Assembly: GCA_942493275.1 (NCBI GenBank) | Contig: OW818687.1 | Span: forward strand, 2,369,918 to 2,433,917 | Source of the DNA: an uncultured Coriobacteriia bacterium | Lineage (GTDB): Bacteria > Actinomycetota > Coriobacteriia > Anaerosomatales > PHET01 | Direction of reading: 5' to 3' | DNA: 64,000 nt | Shown: piece after piece, positions 27,357 through 36,643 of the stretch | Layout: the number at the start of each line of letters is the position of its first letter | How positions within the stretch are numbered: the stretch's first letter is position 1 | Program-made: the position numbers and the translations under genes | The notes under the pieces: generated by a model | Databases searched by the model: none | Seen by the model: the letters and a program-made list of their open reading frames with translations, nothing else | What the model was told of the DNA's origin: nothing

Positions 27357-28549
27357 GCGCCGCGCACCTCGGACAGGAAGCTCTCGCCGCGGCCGCAGGC
27401 TCCCGAAAGCCCGTAGAAGTCGAGAACGGTCTCGCCGATGTCGCTGAAGGTCTTCCGGATTCCCAGGTCCACTCCGCGCTCGTTGCCTTTCACGCAGGCG
27501 ATGAGCGGGGTGTATTCGCGGCTGTGGTCAGTGGAATCCGACGTGGGGTCACACCCGTGATCGGCCGTCAGGATGAACAAGTCACCCTCGACCATCGCAT
27601 CGAGGAGCTCGGGCATCCGCGCGTCGACGGCCTCAAGGCCGCGCGCGTATCCGTCGACGTCGTTACGGTGACCCCAGATCATGTCGAAGTCCACGAGGTT
27701 GGCGAAGACGAACCCGGCGTCCGAGTCATCCCTGACGCGCTTCAGCAGGTTGTCGAACCCGTGCATGTTGTTCTCGGAATGCGGCGATTCGCAGATGCCG
27801 CGCCACGCGAAGATCTCACCGATCTTGCCGATGCCGTAACTGAGAATGCCGGCCTCCTGCAAACGGTCGAGCACGGTCGGCTCGAACGGCTCGACGGCGA
27901 AGTCGCGGCGGCGGTGGGTCCGCTGATAGACGCCCGCGGCATCCGGGCCGATGAACGGACGCGCGATGATACGGCCCACCGCGTGGTCACCGACGCATAC
28001 CTTCTCGCGCGCGATCGAGCAGAGCCGGTAGAGCTCCTCGATCGGGATGACGTCCTCGTGCGCGGCGATCTGAAAGACACTGTCGGCCGAGGTGTAGACG
28101 ATCGGGTTTCCGGTGCGAACGTGTTCGTCGCCGAGGTCCTGGATGATGACGGTGCCGCTCGCCGGGTAGTTGCCCAGCCAGCCGAGTCCCGTCTCGCGCT
28201 CCCACACATCCATCACTTCCGGCGGGAAACCGTCCGGGTAGGTCGGGAACGCGTGCGTGAGCTGAAGCCCCATCATCTCCCAATGGCCGGTGGTGGTGTC
28301 CTTGCCGGCGCTCGCCTCGGCATTCCGGCCCCAGGAAGCCGTTGTGACCTCGACCGGGGGCACGCCGAGGATCTCGGTGATGTTGCCCAACCCCATCGCG
28401 CCGAGGTGAGGCATCGTGAGCCCTCCTGCCGCGCGTGACGTGTTGCCGAGCGTGTTCGCGCCCTCGTCGCCGTACTCGGAGGCATCAGGAAGTTCGCCGG
28501 CTCCCACGCTGTCAAGCACCAGCACGATCGCACGCGGTGCGCGCGCCAT
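27353..28549 (-). CDS. deoB: Phosphopentomutase
   Basis: 398 aa, with VLVLDSVGAGELPDA...TADHGCDPT motifs of the alkaline-phosphatase superfamily enzyme DeoB. Confidence 0.92.
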   Translation of the reverse strand: MARAPRAIVLVLDSVGAGELPDASEYGDEGANTLGNTSRAAGGLTMPHLGAMGLGNITEILGVPPVEVTTASWGRNAEASAGKDTTTGHWEMMGLQLTHAFPTYPDGFPPEVMDVWERETGLGWLGNYPASGTVIIQDLGDEHVRTGNPIVYTSADSVFQIAAHEDVIPIEELYRLCSIAREKVCVGDHAVGRIIARPFIGPDAAGVYQRTHRRRDFAVEPFEPTVLDRLQEAGILSYGIGKIGEIFAWRGICESPHSENNMHGFDNLLKRVRDDSDAGFVFANLVDFDMIWGHRNDVDGYARGLEAVDARMPELLDAMVEGDLFILTADHGCDPTSDSTDHSREYTPLIACVKGNERGVDLGIRKTFSDIGETVLDFYGLSGACGRGESFLSEVRGA

Positions 28550-30214
28550 CTAGACCACCACCCTGTCGACTTCCTGAAGGCTCGTGATTCCGGCCTTGAC
28601 CTTGTTGAGCGCGTCACGCCGCAGCGGGCGCATACCCCGACCCAGGGCCGCGTCGCGCAACTCATCGGCGGGCGCCTGCTGAACAAACAGGCGGGAGATG
28701 TGACTGTCGAACTCCATGACCTCGAACAAGCCGATTCGACCCCGGTAGCCCGTCTTCCCGCATTCCCCGCAGCCAACCGCCTCGTAGACGACCAGGTCCG
28801 GGATCTCATCGGCCCGGAACCCTGCAGCCAGCAGCGTGTCGGGCGAGATGTCCGCCGGACGCTTGCAGCTGTCGCATAGCTTGCGTGCGAGCCTCTGAGC
28901 GACGGCGCCGACGATCGCCGAGGAAGTGATGTAGGGCGGCACGCCCATGTCGGTAAGCCGCGTGAGGGCACTAGGGGCGTCGTTGGTGTGTATGGAGGTG
29001 AGCACGAGGTGTCCGGTAAGGGCCGCGCGAACCGCGATCTCAGCGGTCTCGGGGTCTCTGACTTCTCCGACCATCACGACGTCGGGATCCGAGCGAAGAA
29101 TGGTTCTGAGCCCCGCGGCGAAGGTCAATCCGACGCGATTGTTGACCGCCATTTGGGTAACGCCGTCCATGCGGTATTCGATGGGGTCCTCTACCGAGAC
29201 GACCTTGCGTCCCGGATCGTTGAGCTCCTTGAGCAAGGCGTACAGAGTCGTCGACTTACCGGAACCGGTGGGGCCGGACACGAACAACGCGCCGTAGGGA
29301 TGCGCGAGCATCTTGCGGAGCTTCGCGAGGTTCTCGGGGTCGAGTCCCACGTCCTCCACCGAGTGGAACGCGACTTCTCTGTCGAGGATTCGGATGGTGA
29401 CGGCTTCGCCATTAGGCGTCGGCAGCGTCGCCACTCGCAGGTCAAGCGGCTTGTCATCAACCCTGATCGCGATCCGCCCGTCCTGGGGACGCCGCCGCTC
29501 GGTGATATCCATGTCGCCCATCACCTTGAGGCGCGACAACAGTTCAGCCTGGGACGACTTGGGGAGTCTGGCGGCCTCTCTCAGCACGCCGTCTACGCGA
29601 TACCTGATTCGCAGCTCCCGTTCACCGGGCTCGAAGTGCACGTCACTCGCCTTCTCGAGCACGGCCTCGCGGAGCACCTGGTTCACGATACGGATGACCG
29701 GCACGTCAACGTCGCCATCGTCTCCGGTGGCTTCCGTAAGCGGTGTGACCTCGTCTTGCTCGAGTTCTTGAAGCGCGTCCGCACCTGCGACGTACTTCTC
29801 GATCGCGAACCGCACCTGACTTGCGGCCGCCACCACGACGTCGACCTTGAGACCGGTCGTCAGCTCGGCCTCATCGACGGCCTCCACGTCCAGCGGATCG
29901 GCCATCGCGAGCGTAAGGCGATCACCCAGAACCGCAATCGGAATCACGTGTCTGCGTCGCACCATTCTCAGCGGCAGCATCAACGCGGCCTGGCGGTCGA
30001 TGGGAATCGACGCGAGGTTGACGTGTTCGAGGCCCTTCTGATCGGCTAGTGCCGCAGCAATCTGGTCCTCGGTGACCAGAAGTTCTCGGACGAGGACCTC
30101 GCCGATCTTGCCGCCGGACTCGGCCTGCACGTCGAGGGCCGCCTCCAGTTGCGCATCGGTGATGAGTCCTGCATGGACCAGCAGCTCGCCGAGCCGCTCG
30201 CGAGTGTAGGGCAC
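28550..30214 (-). CDS. Type II secretion / type IV pilus ATPase (GspE/PilB/MshE family) with N-terminal MshEN domain
   Basis: 554 aa. Walker A GPTGSGKSTTLYA, Asp/His boxes, a tetracysteine CDSC...CGEC, and two N-terminal tandem RLGxxLLxxGLI...Q motifs. No pilC/pilM/pilin genes are adjacent. Confidence 0.88.
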   Translation of the reverse strand: MPYTRERLGELLVHAGLITDAQLEAALDVQAESGGKIGEVLVRELLVTEDQIAAALADQKGLEHVNLASIPIDRQAALMLPLRMVRRRHVIPIAVLGDRLTLAMADPLDVEAVDEAELTTGLKVDVVVAAASQVRFAIEKYVAGADALQELEQDEVTPLTEATGDDGDVDVPVIRIVNQVLREAVLEKASDVHFEPGERELRIRYRVDGVLREAARLPKSSQAELLSRLKVMGDMDITERRRPQDGRIAIRVDDKPLDLRVATLPTPNGEAVTIRILDREVAFHSVEDVGLDPENLAKLRKMLAHPYGALFVSGPTGSGKSTTLYALLKELNDPGRKVVSVEDPIEYRMDGVTQMAVNNRVGLTFAAGLRTILRSDPDVVMVGEVRDPETAEIAVRAALTGHLVLTSIHTNDAPSALTRLTDMGVPPYITSSAIVGAVAQRLARKLCDSCKRPADISPDTLLAAGFRADEIPDLVVYEAVGCGECGKTGYRGRIGLFEVMEFDSHISRLFVQQAPADELRDAALGRGMRPLRRDALNKVKAGITSLQEVDRVVV

Positions 30215-30263
30215 GCTGCTCCCCCCGTTGGGATGCCTGACCGGTTAGAAGACGCTGATGGAG

Positions 30264-30548
30264 TTATGCCCGAGAACGTAGGACGCTCAGCACCCACTCG
30301 AGCACGAGAAGCACGACGACGGTGATGCCCGCCTCGGCATCGAACACGCCGCCGTAAGGTGTCTTGATGGGCTCGATGCCCAGAGGGATGACCAGGGGGT
30401 CGGTCAGTGCGACGACCGCTTCGGCCCACCCCTGAGCGGCGAGCTGCCCGAAGAACAGGACGACGAGCCTGATAGTCAACGCCACGGCGATGACGACCAG
30501 AATGTCCATGATGATCGTGAGCAGAGTGCGAGCGGGGTTCTTGGCCAC
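30264..30548 (-). CDS. Small membrane protein, YggT-like
   Basis: 94 aa with two hydrophobic helices and a central LTDPLVIPL...P motif resembling the YggT family. The assignment is tentative. Confidence 0.45.
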   Translation of the reverse strand: MAKNPARTLLTIIMDILVVIAVALTIRLVVLFFGQLAAQGWAEAVVALTDPLVIPLGIEPIKTPYGGVFDAEAGITVVVLLVLEWVLSVLRSRA

Positions 30549-30624
30549 GAGACCCTCCGGAATCGGAATCGATATCCGTCAGATTATGGCCCGATAAGGT
30601 GGTGAAACGCCAGCGCCAGAAGGC

Positions 30625-30897
30625 TTAGCGCAGCGCGTCGGAGACGATGCGGGAGATCATCTTCGAGGCGATCTCGCGCGAATCAGGGCATCCGGCCCCG
30701 AGCCTGCACGTAGCCTCGGCTACCCGATCCTCACGCGTGTCCGGCGCACTCTGTACTGCAGCGCGGACACGATCGAGGAACTCGTGTTCCACCGTGGGTC
30801 GGACGAGCGCCGTCGCATGAGTGGCACCGCGAAGGTCCTGGGCCGCGAGCCGTGCTTGTTCGTCTGAGATGATCATACCGAGGGTATCGGCTCGCAC
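30625..30897 (-). CDS. Small FlgM-like protein (possible anti-sigma factor)
   Basis: The C-terminus REDRVAEATCRLGAGCPDSREIASKMISRIVSDAL resembles the FlgM C-terminal helix pattern (R.EKV..L...I..G.Y.VD...IA.KMI). The start is uncertain: GTG 30897 has AAGGTG 6 nt upstream, while ATG 30876 has none. The N-terminal part of the 147-aa track ORF looks non-coding. Confidence 0.35.
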   Translation of the reverse strand: MRADTLGMIISDEQARLAAQDLRGATHATALVRPTVEHEFLDRVRAAVQSAPDTREDRVAEATCRLGAGCPDSREIASKMISRIVSDALR

Positions 30898-31092
30898 GAC
30901 CGGCACCTTTACCCGTGCAAGATGCAGGTTCCGTGGAGCCTGTGACGCTGAACACACTGCGTGAAATACCCCGAGAAAAGGGCGAGCCCCAAGGCCGGCA
31001 CCTTGAGGCTCAGGGGTAAGGGGTTGCATTCGCATGCAACACATCGCGTAGCGTATCACTCGCCTCACAAACGTGCAATATTTCTTGTAATG

Positions 31093-32568
31093 TTACCTGA
31101 GGGTCAATCCGGCCAGCGCAGCACCCACGCCGACGATGAACGGCGCCACGCCCATAGCGAGGACGGCGATGGCGAACAGGGCGGCTCCACTTCCCCCTGC
31201 CGGTACAGCAGGCTCATCGCCCTGGACCGAATCGAAGTAAAGCGATCGCAGGACGGAACCGTAGTAGCCGAGCGAAACGACGGCACCCACGACGCCGACG
31301 ACCACCAGCACCGCATAGATCGAGGCCACGACTGGGTAGTCCGCAGCAAACGCCGAGGCGGCGAAGACCGCGGCCGCAAGGGACTGGAACTTGCCCCAGA
31401 AGCCCACGAACGGCGGGATGCCCGCGAGTGAAGCCATGATCCCCACCAGCGACACACCCAGAAGCTTGCTCGTGCGACCGAGACCGGCCAGCCCGGTGAT
31501 CGATCCGTCCCAGTCGGGACGCACCGTGCGGAATGCACCGATTGCGAGATATGCGCCGGTCGTCGCCACCGCGTAGGCGGTCACCTGGAGGATGGCGGCG
31601 GTGGCATTCAGTGCGGCCAACGCGAGCAACGAGTAGCCGACCTGTGCGATGCCCGCATATGCGAGCATGCGGGCATACGACGTCTGACGCAGCGCAGTGA
31701 ACGAACCAACGATGATCGAGATGGCGGCAAGGGCCGCGATGACCGGGAGCACATCTGAGCCAGTCGTGCCGAGCGGAACCTCGGGGCTCAGTCCCGCGGA
31801 CGCAAACGATGAAACGACGAGCACCAGCGCGGTCACGGACGCGAGCTTCACCGCTCCCGCAAGGAATGCCGATGATCCGAAAGGCGCGGTCTGGTACGCG
31901 TCCGGCGCCCACGAGTGGAAAGGCGCGACACCGGACTTGAACGCCATGGCTGCCAGGAGCATCAGTGCTCCGACGGTCGCTGCGCCAGAGCCGCCGAGCG
32001 CGCCCGACAAGGCGACGTAGATATCCTGATAGCCGCCCGTGGGCGCGACGAAAGCGAGCGTCGCGGCGAGGCCGGCAACGTAGACCGCGCTTGCTACGGC
32101 TCCCTGGATCAGGTACTTCATGGCCGCTTCGGACGACTCCGCGGTGCGCGCGATGGATACCAGAGCGTAGCCGCAGATCGCGGTAGTCTCGATTGCGAGA
32201 AGCAGAGTGACGAGGTCTCTGGACGCCACAGCCAGCCCCGCACCAAGCGCCGCCAGACCTATGAGCGCCGATGCGCTGACCGAGCGACCGCGGGAGTCAC
32301 CGCCGAACATGATCGCGGAACCGGCGAGCAAGAACACAAAGCCCGGAATCGCCGAGAAGCCCTGACCCGCTGCGAAGCCACCCAGCGCCACGCCGACCGG
32401 CACCGTCCAGCCGGCGTACATGCCGACACCACCCGCCGCAAGCAGGCCCGCGCCGGTGATCAGAGTGGCGATGCGCGGACGCCCCGCCACGTCGAGAATC
32501 AGTGCGAGGACGACAGACGCTGCCGCAAGAGCAAACGAGATCGCGAACGCCGAGGCGGTCGTCATCAC
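31093..32568 (-). CDS. nuoN: NADH-quinone oxidoreductase subunit N
   Basis: 491 aa polytopic antiporter-like subunit, last gene of the nuo operon. Confidence 0.88.
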   Translation of the reverse strand: MMTTASAFAISFALAAASVVLALILDVAGRPRIATLITGAGLLAAGGVGMYAGWTVPVGVALGGFAAGQGFSAIPGFVFLLAGSAIMFGGDSRGRSVSASALIGLAALGAGLAVASRDLVTLLLAIETTAICGYALVSIARTAESSEAAMKYLIQGAVASAVYVAGLAATLAFVAPTGGYQDIYVALSGALGGSGAATVGALMLLAAMAFKSGVAPFHSWAPDAYQTAPFGSSAFLAGAVKLASVTALVLVVSSFASAGLSPEVPLGTTGSDVLPVIAALAAISIIVGSFTALRQTSYARMLAYAGIAQVGYSLLALAALNATAAILQVTAYAVATTGAYLAIGAFRTVRPDWDGSITGLAGLGRTSKLLGVSLVGIMASLAGIPPFVGFWGKFQSLAAAVFAASAFAADYPVVASIYAVLVVVGVVGAVVSLGYYGSVLRSLYFDSVQGDEPAVPAGGSGAALFAIAVLAMGVAPFIVGVGAALAGLTLR

Positions 32569-34001
32569 AACCCGCCCCCCGTCAGCGCCGCTAGCACCTG
32601 CATCGAGGACGTGACGACGTCGGTCACGAGCGCCGGACGGACGCCAACAATCACGATTCCTAGTGCGAACGCGGCTCCGGCCGTCATCTCAAGCGCACCC
32701 AGGTCGCCGAGCGAGTCGAACCCGCCGATCGGACCCTGCACGGTCGCACGGACCGCACGCAGGTTGTATGCGGCAGCCAGGACGATCCCGAGCCCCACGA
32801 CAAGGACCCACCAGCCGAACGTGCCGAAGGCGGCGAGCGACGTCACGTACTCACCCGGGAAGCCCGAAAGTCCGGGAAGGCCGGCCGAGGCCAGGGACCC
32901 GAAGACAAACAGCACGGCCCACCGGGGCGCCACTGACCCCAGCCCACCGAACCGCGAGAGATCACGTGTATGGGCGCGCCCGTAGAGCGCGCCGACGAGG
33001 AAGAACAGCAGCCCGGCAACAAGCCCGTGGCTGACCATCGTGACCATCGCAGCGGAAAGCGACTCTGCGGTCGCGACCGCGATAGCCAGAAGCACGAATC
33101 CCATGTGGGCGACCGATGAGTAGGCCACGAGCCGCTTGAGGTCGGTCTGAACGAGTGCGCACGCGGCGCCCCAGACGATGCCCACAACGGCGAGAACCGC
33201 CAACACCCCCCGAGCTGCCTCAAACCCCGCGGGCGCTATCGGCATCGCGACGCGCATCATCCCGAACCCGGCCATCTTGAGCAGGACGCCGGCGAGAAGG
33301 ATCGAGCCTGCGGTAGGGGCTTCGGTGTGAGCATCGGCTAGCCAGGTATGCAGCGGAATCGCGGGGAGCTTCACGAGGAAACCGATCGCAAGCAGCCAGA
33401 ATGCGAGGTCGGGTGAGGGTATCTCGGAGGCGTTTGCGGCGATGCCGTTGATGTTCAGTGAGCCTGCGGTCGTGGCTACATAGATGAGCCCCGCCAGCAG
33501 AACCGCTCCGCCGGCGAACGTGTAGATCAGGAACTTCATCGCCGCGGCGCGGGCCTGCGAAGACCCCCATCCGCCGATGAGCAGAAACATCGGGATGAGG
33601 ACGGTCTCCCACGCGACGTAGAAGAGCACGACGTTCTCTGCGAGGAAGACAGCGGTCACGCCGGCCTGCACCACTAGAAGGAGCGCGTGGTGCCAGCCGG
33701 GACGATCCTCGACGTCCCACGAAGCGACCGACGCCATGACTCCGATGAATACGGTGAGCGCAACCAGAGGGAATGAGAGTCCGTCGATCGCCAGTGCCCA
33801 GATCCCCGAGCCGCTTCCGACGCCGAGGACCCGACCACCGCTTACCGCGTCCGTGCCCGCGAGGATGACGAGCGGTACCGCCATCGCAAGCGGGGCGAGA
33901 AGTGAGAACCAGCGGGGAGCCCGGGGCGCGCGATCGCCGATGAGCATCGACAGAACAGCCGCGCCGAGCGGCAGGAAGACCAGCAGGTCGACCGAGATCA
34001 C
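32565..34001 (-). CDS. nuoM: NADH-quinone oxidoreductase subunit M
   Basis: 478 aa antiporter-like subunit with WLADAHTEAPTAGS and YSSVAHMGF motifs. Confidence 0.9.
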   Translation of the reverse strand: MISVDLLVFLPLGAAVLSMLIGDRAPRAPRWFSLLAPLAMAVPLVILAGTDAVSGGRVLGVGSGSGIWALAIDGLSFPLVALTVFIGVMASVASWDVEDRPGWHHALLLVVQAGVTAVFLAENVVLFYVAWETVLIPMFLLIGGWGSSQARAAAMKFLIYTFAGGAVLLAGLIYVATTAGSLNINGIAANASEIPSPDLAFWLLAIGFLVKLPAIPLHTWLADAHTEAPTAGSILLAGVLLKMAGFGMMRVAMPIAPAGFEAARGVLAVLAVVGIVWGAACALVQTDLKRLVAYSSVAHMGFVLLAIAVATAESLSAAMVTMVSHGLVAGLLFFLVGALYGRAHTRDLSRFGGLGSVAPRWAVLFVFGSLASAGLPGLSGFPGEYVTSLAAFGTFGWWVLVVGLGIVLAAAYNLRAVRATVQGPIGGFDSLGDLGALEMTAGAAFALGIVIVGVRPALVTDVVTSSMQVLAALTGGGL

Positions 34002-34002
34002 G

Positions 34003-35862
34003 CTACCACCTCCCCATCCATACAGAAGCGACCAGCATCAGTGCAATCGCGACCACCATGACTCCCGCGTACGACTGCGCGTCGCCGGACTGCAGACGGC
34101 TGAACCCGCCGCCTAGCGCATGCGAAAGCCGTGCGAGCCCCATTGGCACGCCGTCAGCGATCATCCGGTCACCCCAGGCCCACAGGGCGCGGGACAGCCA
34201 GCGAGTCGGGCGAACAATCGTACGGTCGACGAACCCGTCCCACCCGAATGCGGCGGCCATAGCCCGCCACACGGAACCCGCTGCGTGCGCGGCGCGAACA
34301 TCGGCCTCGCGTGAAGCGAAGATGGTCCAGCCCGCCACGCCACCGATGGCGACGGCGGCAACCGCGGCCAGAGTCACCATCAGCACCGCGGGTTCCGGTT
34401 CGTGCCCAAGGGCCGTAGCCAAGCCGTCTCCGAAGAAGCCGAGGCCCACAGCGGGGACAGCCAGCAGCATCAGCGGGCCGGTCATCGACGCAGCCGACTC
34501 GTGGGCGTGAAGCCCGGGGGCGGCGTCTCCGAAGAACGCCAGGCGGGTGCTGCGGGCTACATACAGGGCGGTGAGTGCGGCGGTGACGAGAAGCAGGACT
34601 CCCACGCCGGGTGCCTCGTGCAACACTACCTCGATGATCTGATCCTTACTGAAGAAGCCCGAGAACAGCGGCACTCCCGCAAGAGCCGCGGAGCCGGCTA
34701 TCCACGCGATGAACGTGACCCGCATGGACTTTCGCAGTCCGCCCATCTCGTGAAGGTCCTGAGTGCCCGTCCCGTGTATCACCGAGCCGGACGTGAGGAA
34801 GAGCAGCGCCTTGAACGACGCATGTGTGACCAGATGGAAGAACGCCGGTACCCATGCACCCGCGCCGAGCGCCGCGAACATAAACCCGAGCTGGCTGATT
34901 GTGGAGTACGCGAGCACCTTCTTGATGTCGCGCTGTGCGACAGCGGCGAGCGCGGCGCCAAAGGCGGAGATCCCGCCGGCGGCCAGCAGCACGAGTCGGC
35001 CTTCGGGAGCCATCTCGAACAGGGGCCAGACGCGAGCGACCAGGAAGACACCGGCCGCCACCATGGTCGCCGCATGGATGAGCGCCGAGACTGGCGTGGG
35101 GCCCTCCATCGCATCCGGAAGCCACGCGTGCAGCGGGAACTGAGCCGACTTGCCAAGAGCACCGACGGCCAGGCATATCGCCGCGGCGGACGCCGTGGCA
35201 TAGGGCACAGCGCCCAGCCCGCCGAGAACCTCGGTGTAACTGTCGGCGCCGGTAGCGTTCCACAGCAAAGCGATGCCGAGAAGCAGTCCCACGTCGCCGA
35301 CCCGTGTGGTGAGAAACGCCTTGATAGCAGCGGCAGCCGCCGTTGGCTTGGAGTACCAAAAGCCGATGAGCAGATACGAACAGGCGCCGACCAGTTCCCA
35401 GCCGACGAACAGTGTTGTGAACGAGGCGGCGATGACGAGAAGGTTCATCGAGCCGGTGAACAGGGACAGGAGCGCAAAGTAGCGCACCCAGCCGGCGTCA
35501 TCCTTCATGTAGCCGGTCGAGAACACCACGACGCACGCGGCAACGACACCGACGACAACGAGCATGATCGCCGTCAGCGAGTCGACGCTCCACGAGATCG
35601 CGAACACCGACTCCCCCACCCGGAACCACGGGACCGAGCCCGCGGCCACGACGGCACTCGTGTTCCAGCCGTCTGCGTGCGCCGAACCGTTCGCGAGCGT
35701 CTGCGCAAGCGCCGCGGCACCGTAGCCGGCAGTCAGCAGCGGCCCCAGCAAGGTCAACCACGGAGCGACAGGGCGACTGAGGCGGACCGAGGCACCCAGC
35801 AGCAGCGCGAGAGCGAACGGCACCATCACCAGCAGCCACGGTGCAGAGATGAAGGAGCTCAT
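34003..35862 (-). CDS. nuoL: NADH-quinone oxidoreductase subunit L
   Basis: 619 aa, with GKSAQFPLHAWLPDAMEGPTPVSALIHAATMV and a C-terminal lateral-helix extension. Confidence 0.92.
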   Translation of the reverse strand: MSSFISAPWLLVMVPFALALLLGASVRLSRPVAPWLTLLGPLLTAGYGAAALAQTLANGSAHADGWNTSAVVAAGSVPWFRVGESVFAISWSVDSLTAIMLVVVGVVAACVVVFSTGYMKDDAGWVRYFALLSLFTGSMNLLVIAASFTTLFVGWELVGACSYLLIGFWYSKPTAAAAAIKAFLTTRVGDVGLLLGIALLWNATGADSYTEVLGGLGAVPYATASAAAICLAVGALGKSAQFPLHAWLPDAMEGPTPVSALIHAATMVAAGVFLVARVWPLFEMAPEGRLVLLAAGGISAFGAALAAVAQRDIKKVLAYSTISQLGFMFAALGAGAWVPAFFHLVTHASFKALLFLTSGSVIHGTGTQDLHEMGGLRKSMRVTFIAWIAGSAALAGVPLFSGFFSKDQIIEVVLHEAPGVGVLLLVTAALTALYVARSTRLAFFGDAAPGLHAHESAASMTGPLMLLAVPAVGLGFFGDGLATALGHEPEPAVLMVTLAAVAAVAIGGVAGWTIFASREADVRAAHAAGSVWRAMAAAFGWDGFVDRTIVRPTRWLSRALWAWGDRMIADGVPMGLARLSHALGGGFSRLQSGDAQSYAGVMVVAIALMLVASVWMGRW

Positions 35863-36161
35863 CAGCCCTTCACCTCCGTGAGCTCGTCGAGACGCACCTT
35901 GCGGGTGCGCTGGGCGACCGCGACGAGCAGAGCAAGGCCAACCGCGGCTTCTGCCGCAGCAAGAACCAGGACCAGCAATGCAAGCGCCTCGGACCGCGCA
36001 TCGGCTCCGGCCGCAGACCAGACCGGGAGCCCGACGAGCATCAGAATCGATGCGCCCATCAGCACTTCGATTGACGCCAGCACAGCGATGATGTCCCTAC
36101 GCGTCAGCACGCCGTACAGGCCGAGACCGAACAGAGCCGAGGACAGGATCAGCAGGCTCAC
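35862..36161 (-). CDS. nuoK: NADH-quinone oxidoreductase subunit K
   Basis: 99 aa, three TM helices, with GLYGVLTRRD...IEVLMGA typical of NuoK. Confidence 0.9.
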   Translation of the reverse strand: MSLLILSSALFGLGLYGVLTRRDIIAVLASIEVLMGASILMLVGLPVWSAAGADARSEALALLVLVLAAAEAAVGLALLVAVAQRTRKVRLDELTEVKG

Positions 36162-36643
36162 TCGCGCTCCCCTCCCGTCACCGCAACGACCGCGACAAGC
36201 GCGGCCAGAAGCAGCAGCCCGGCGAGCTCGAAGGGGACGAGCAGATCGCCGAGAAGCAGCGCCGCGACTGCGTCAGGAGAAGAACCTGCCGCCGAGGGGG
36301 TCTGAAGCGCCGGACGAAGAAGCATCACGAGCATCCCGGCGACACCGGCGGAGCCGACCCCCGCGAGAAGGTCGTGACGGCTCGTGAGGGTGGGACGGCC
36401 GGGCTCGGAGCGGTGGACCAGCATGATCGCGAACAACACCAGGACGAGGACGCCACCCACGTACAGGAAGATCTGCGCGAGGGCCAGCAACCCGAACCCC
36501 AGCCATGCGAACAGCCCCGCCAGGGCGGCAAGGAACGCTCCAAGCCCCAGGGCCAGTCGCATGACATCAGTGGTGAATAGCACGGTGAGGGCACCCACGA
36601 GAGCAAGACCCCCCAGCGCCCAGAACACGACGTCGGCACTCAT
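36158..36643 (-). CDS. nuoJ: NADH-quinone oxidoreductase subunit J
   Basis: 161 aa membrane subunit (LAQIFLYVGGVLVLVLF), in operon position between I and K. Confidence 0.85.
   Translation of the reverse strand: MSADVVFWALGGLALVGALTVLFTTDVMRLALGLGAFLAALAGLFAWLGFGLLALAQIFLYVGGVLVLVLFAIMLVHRSEPGRPTLTSRHDLLAGVGSAGVAGMLVMLLRPALQTPSAAGSSPDAVAALLLGDLLVPFELAGLLLLAALVAVVAVTGGERE

Noticed and set aside
31069-31092. AT-rich segment gtgcaatatttcttgtaatgtta after nuoN, considered as a possible dif/Xer site
   Set aside because: It has no XerC/XerD-arm-like TTATG..ATAA symmetry around a 6-nt core. It is more simply an AT-rich end-of-operon spacer.
34402-36387. 661-aa plus-strand ORF, and similar long ORFs at 6031..7677, 25923..27416, 42795..44492, 53333..54943 and 19545..20888
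   Set aside because: All lie antisense to well-supported genes (nuoL/K/J, gpsA/plsY, deoA, ABC-F, wecB/transferase, rluB/scpB). Their translations are dominated by R, G, H, D and P runs without motifs. Such open antisense frames are expected at this GC content.
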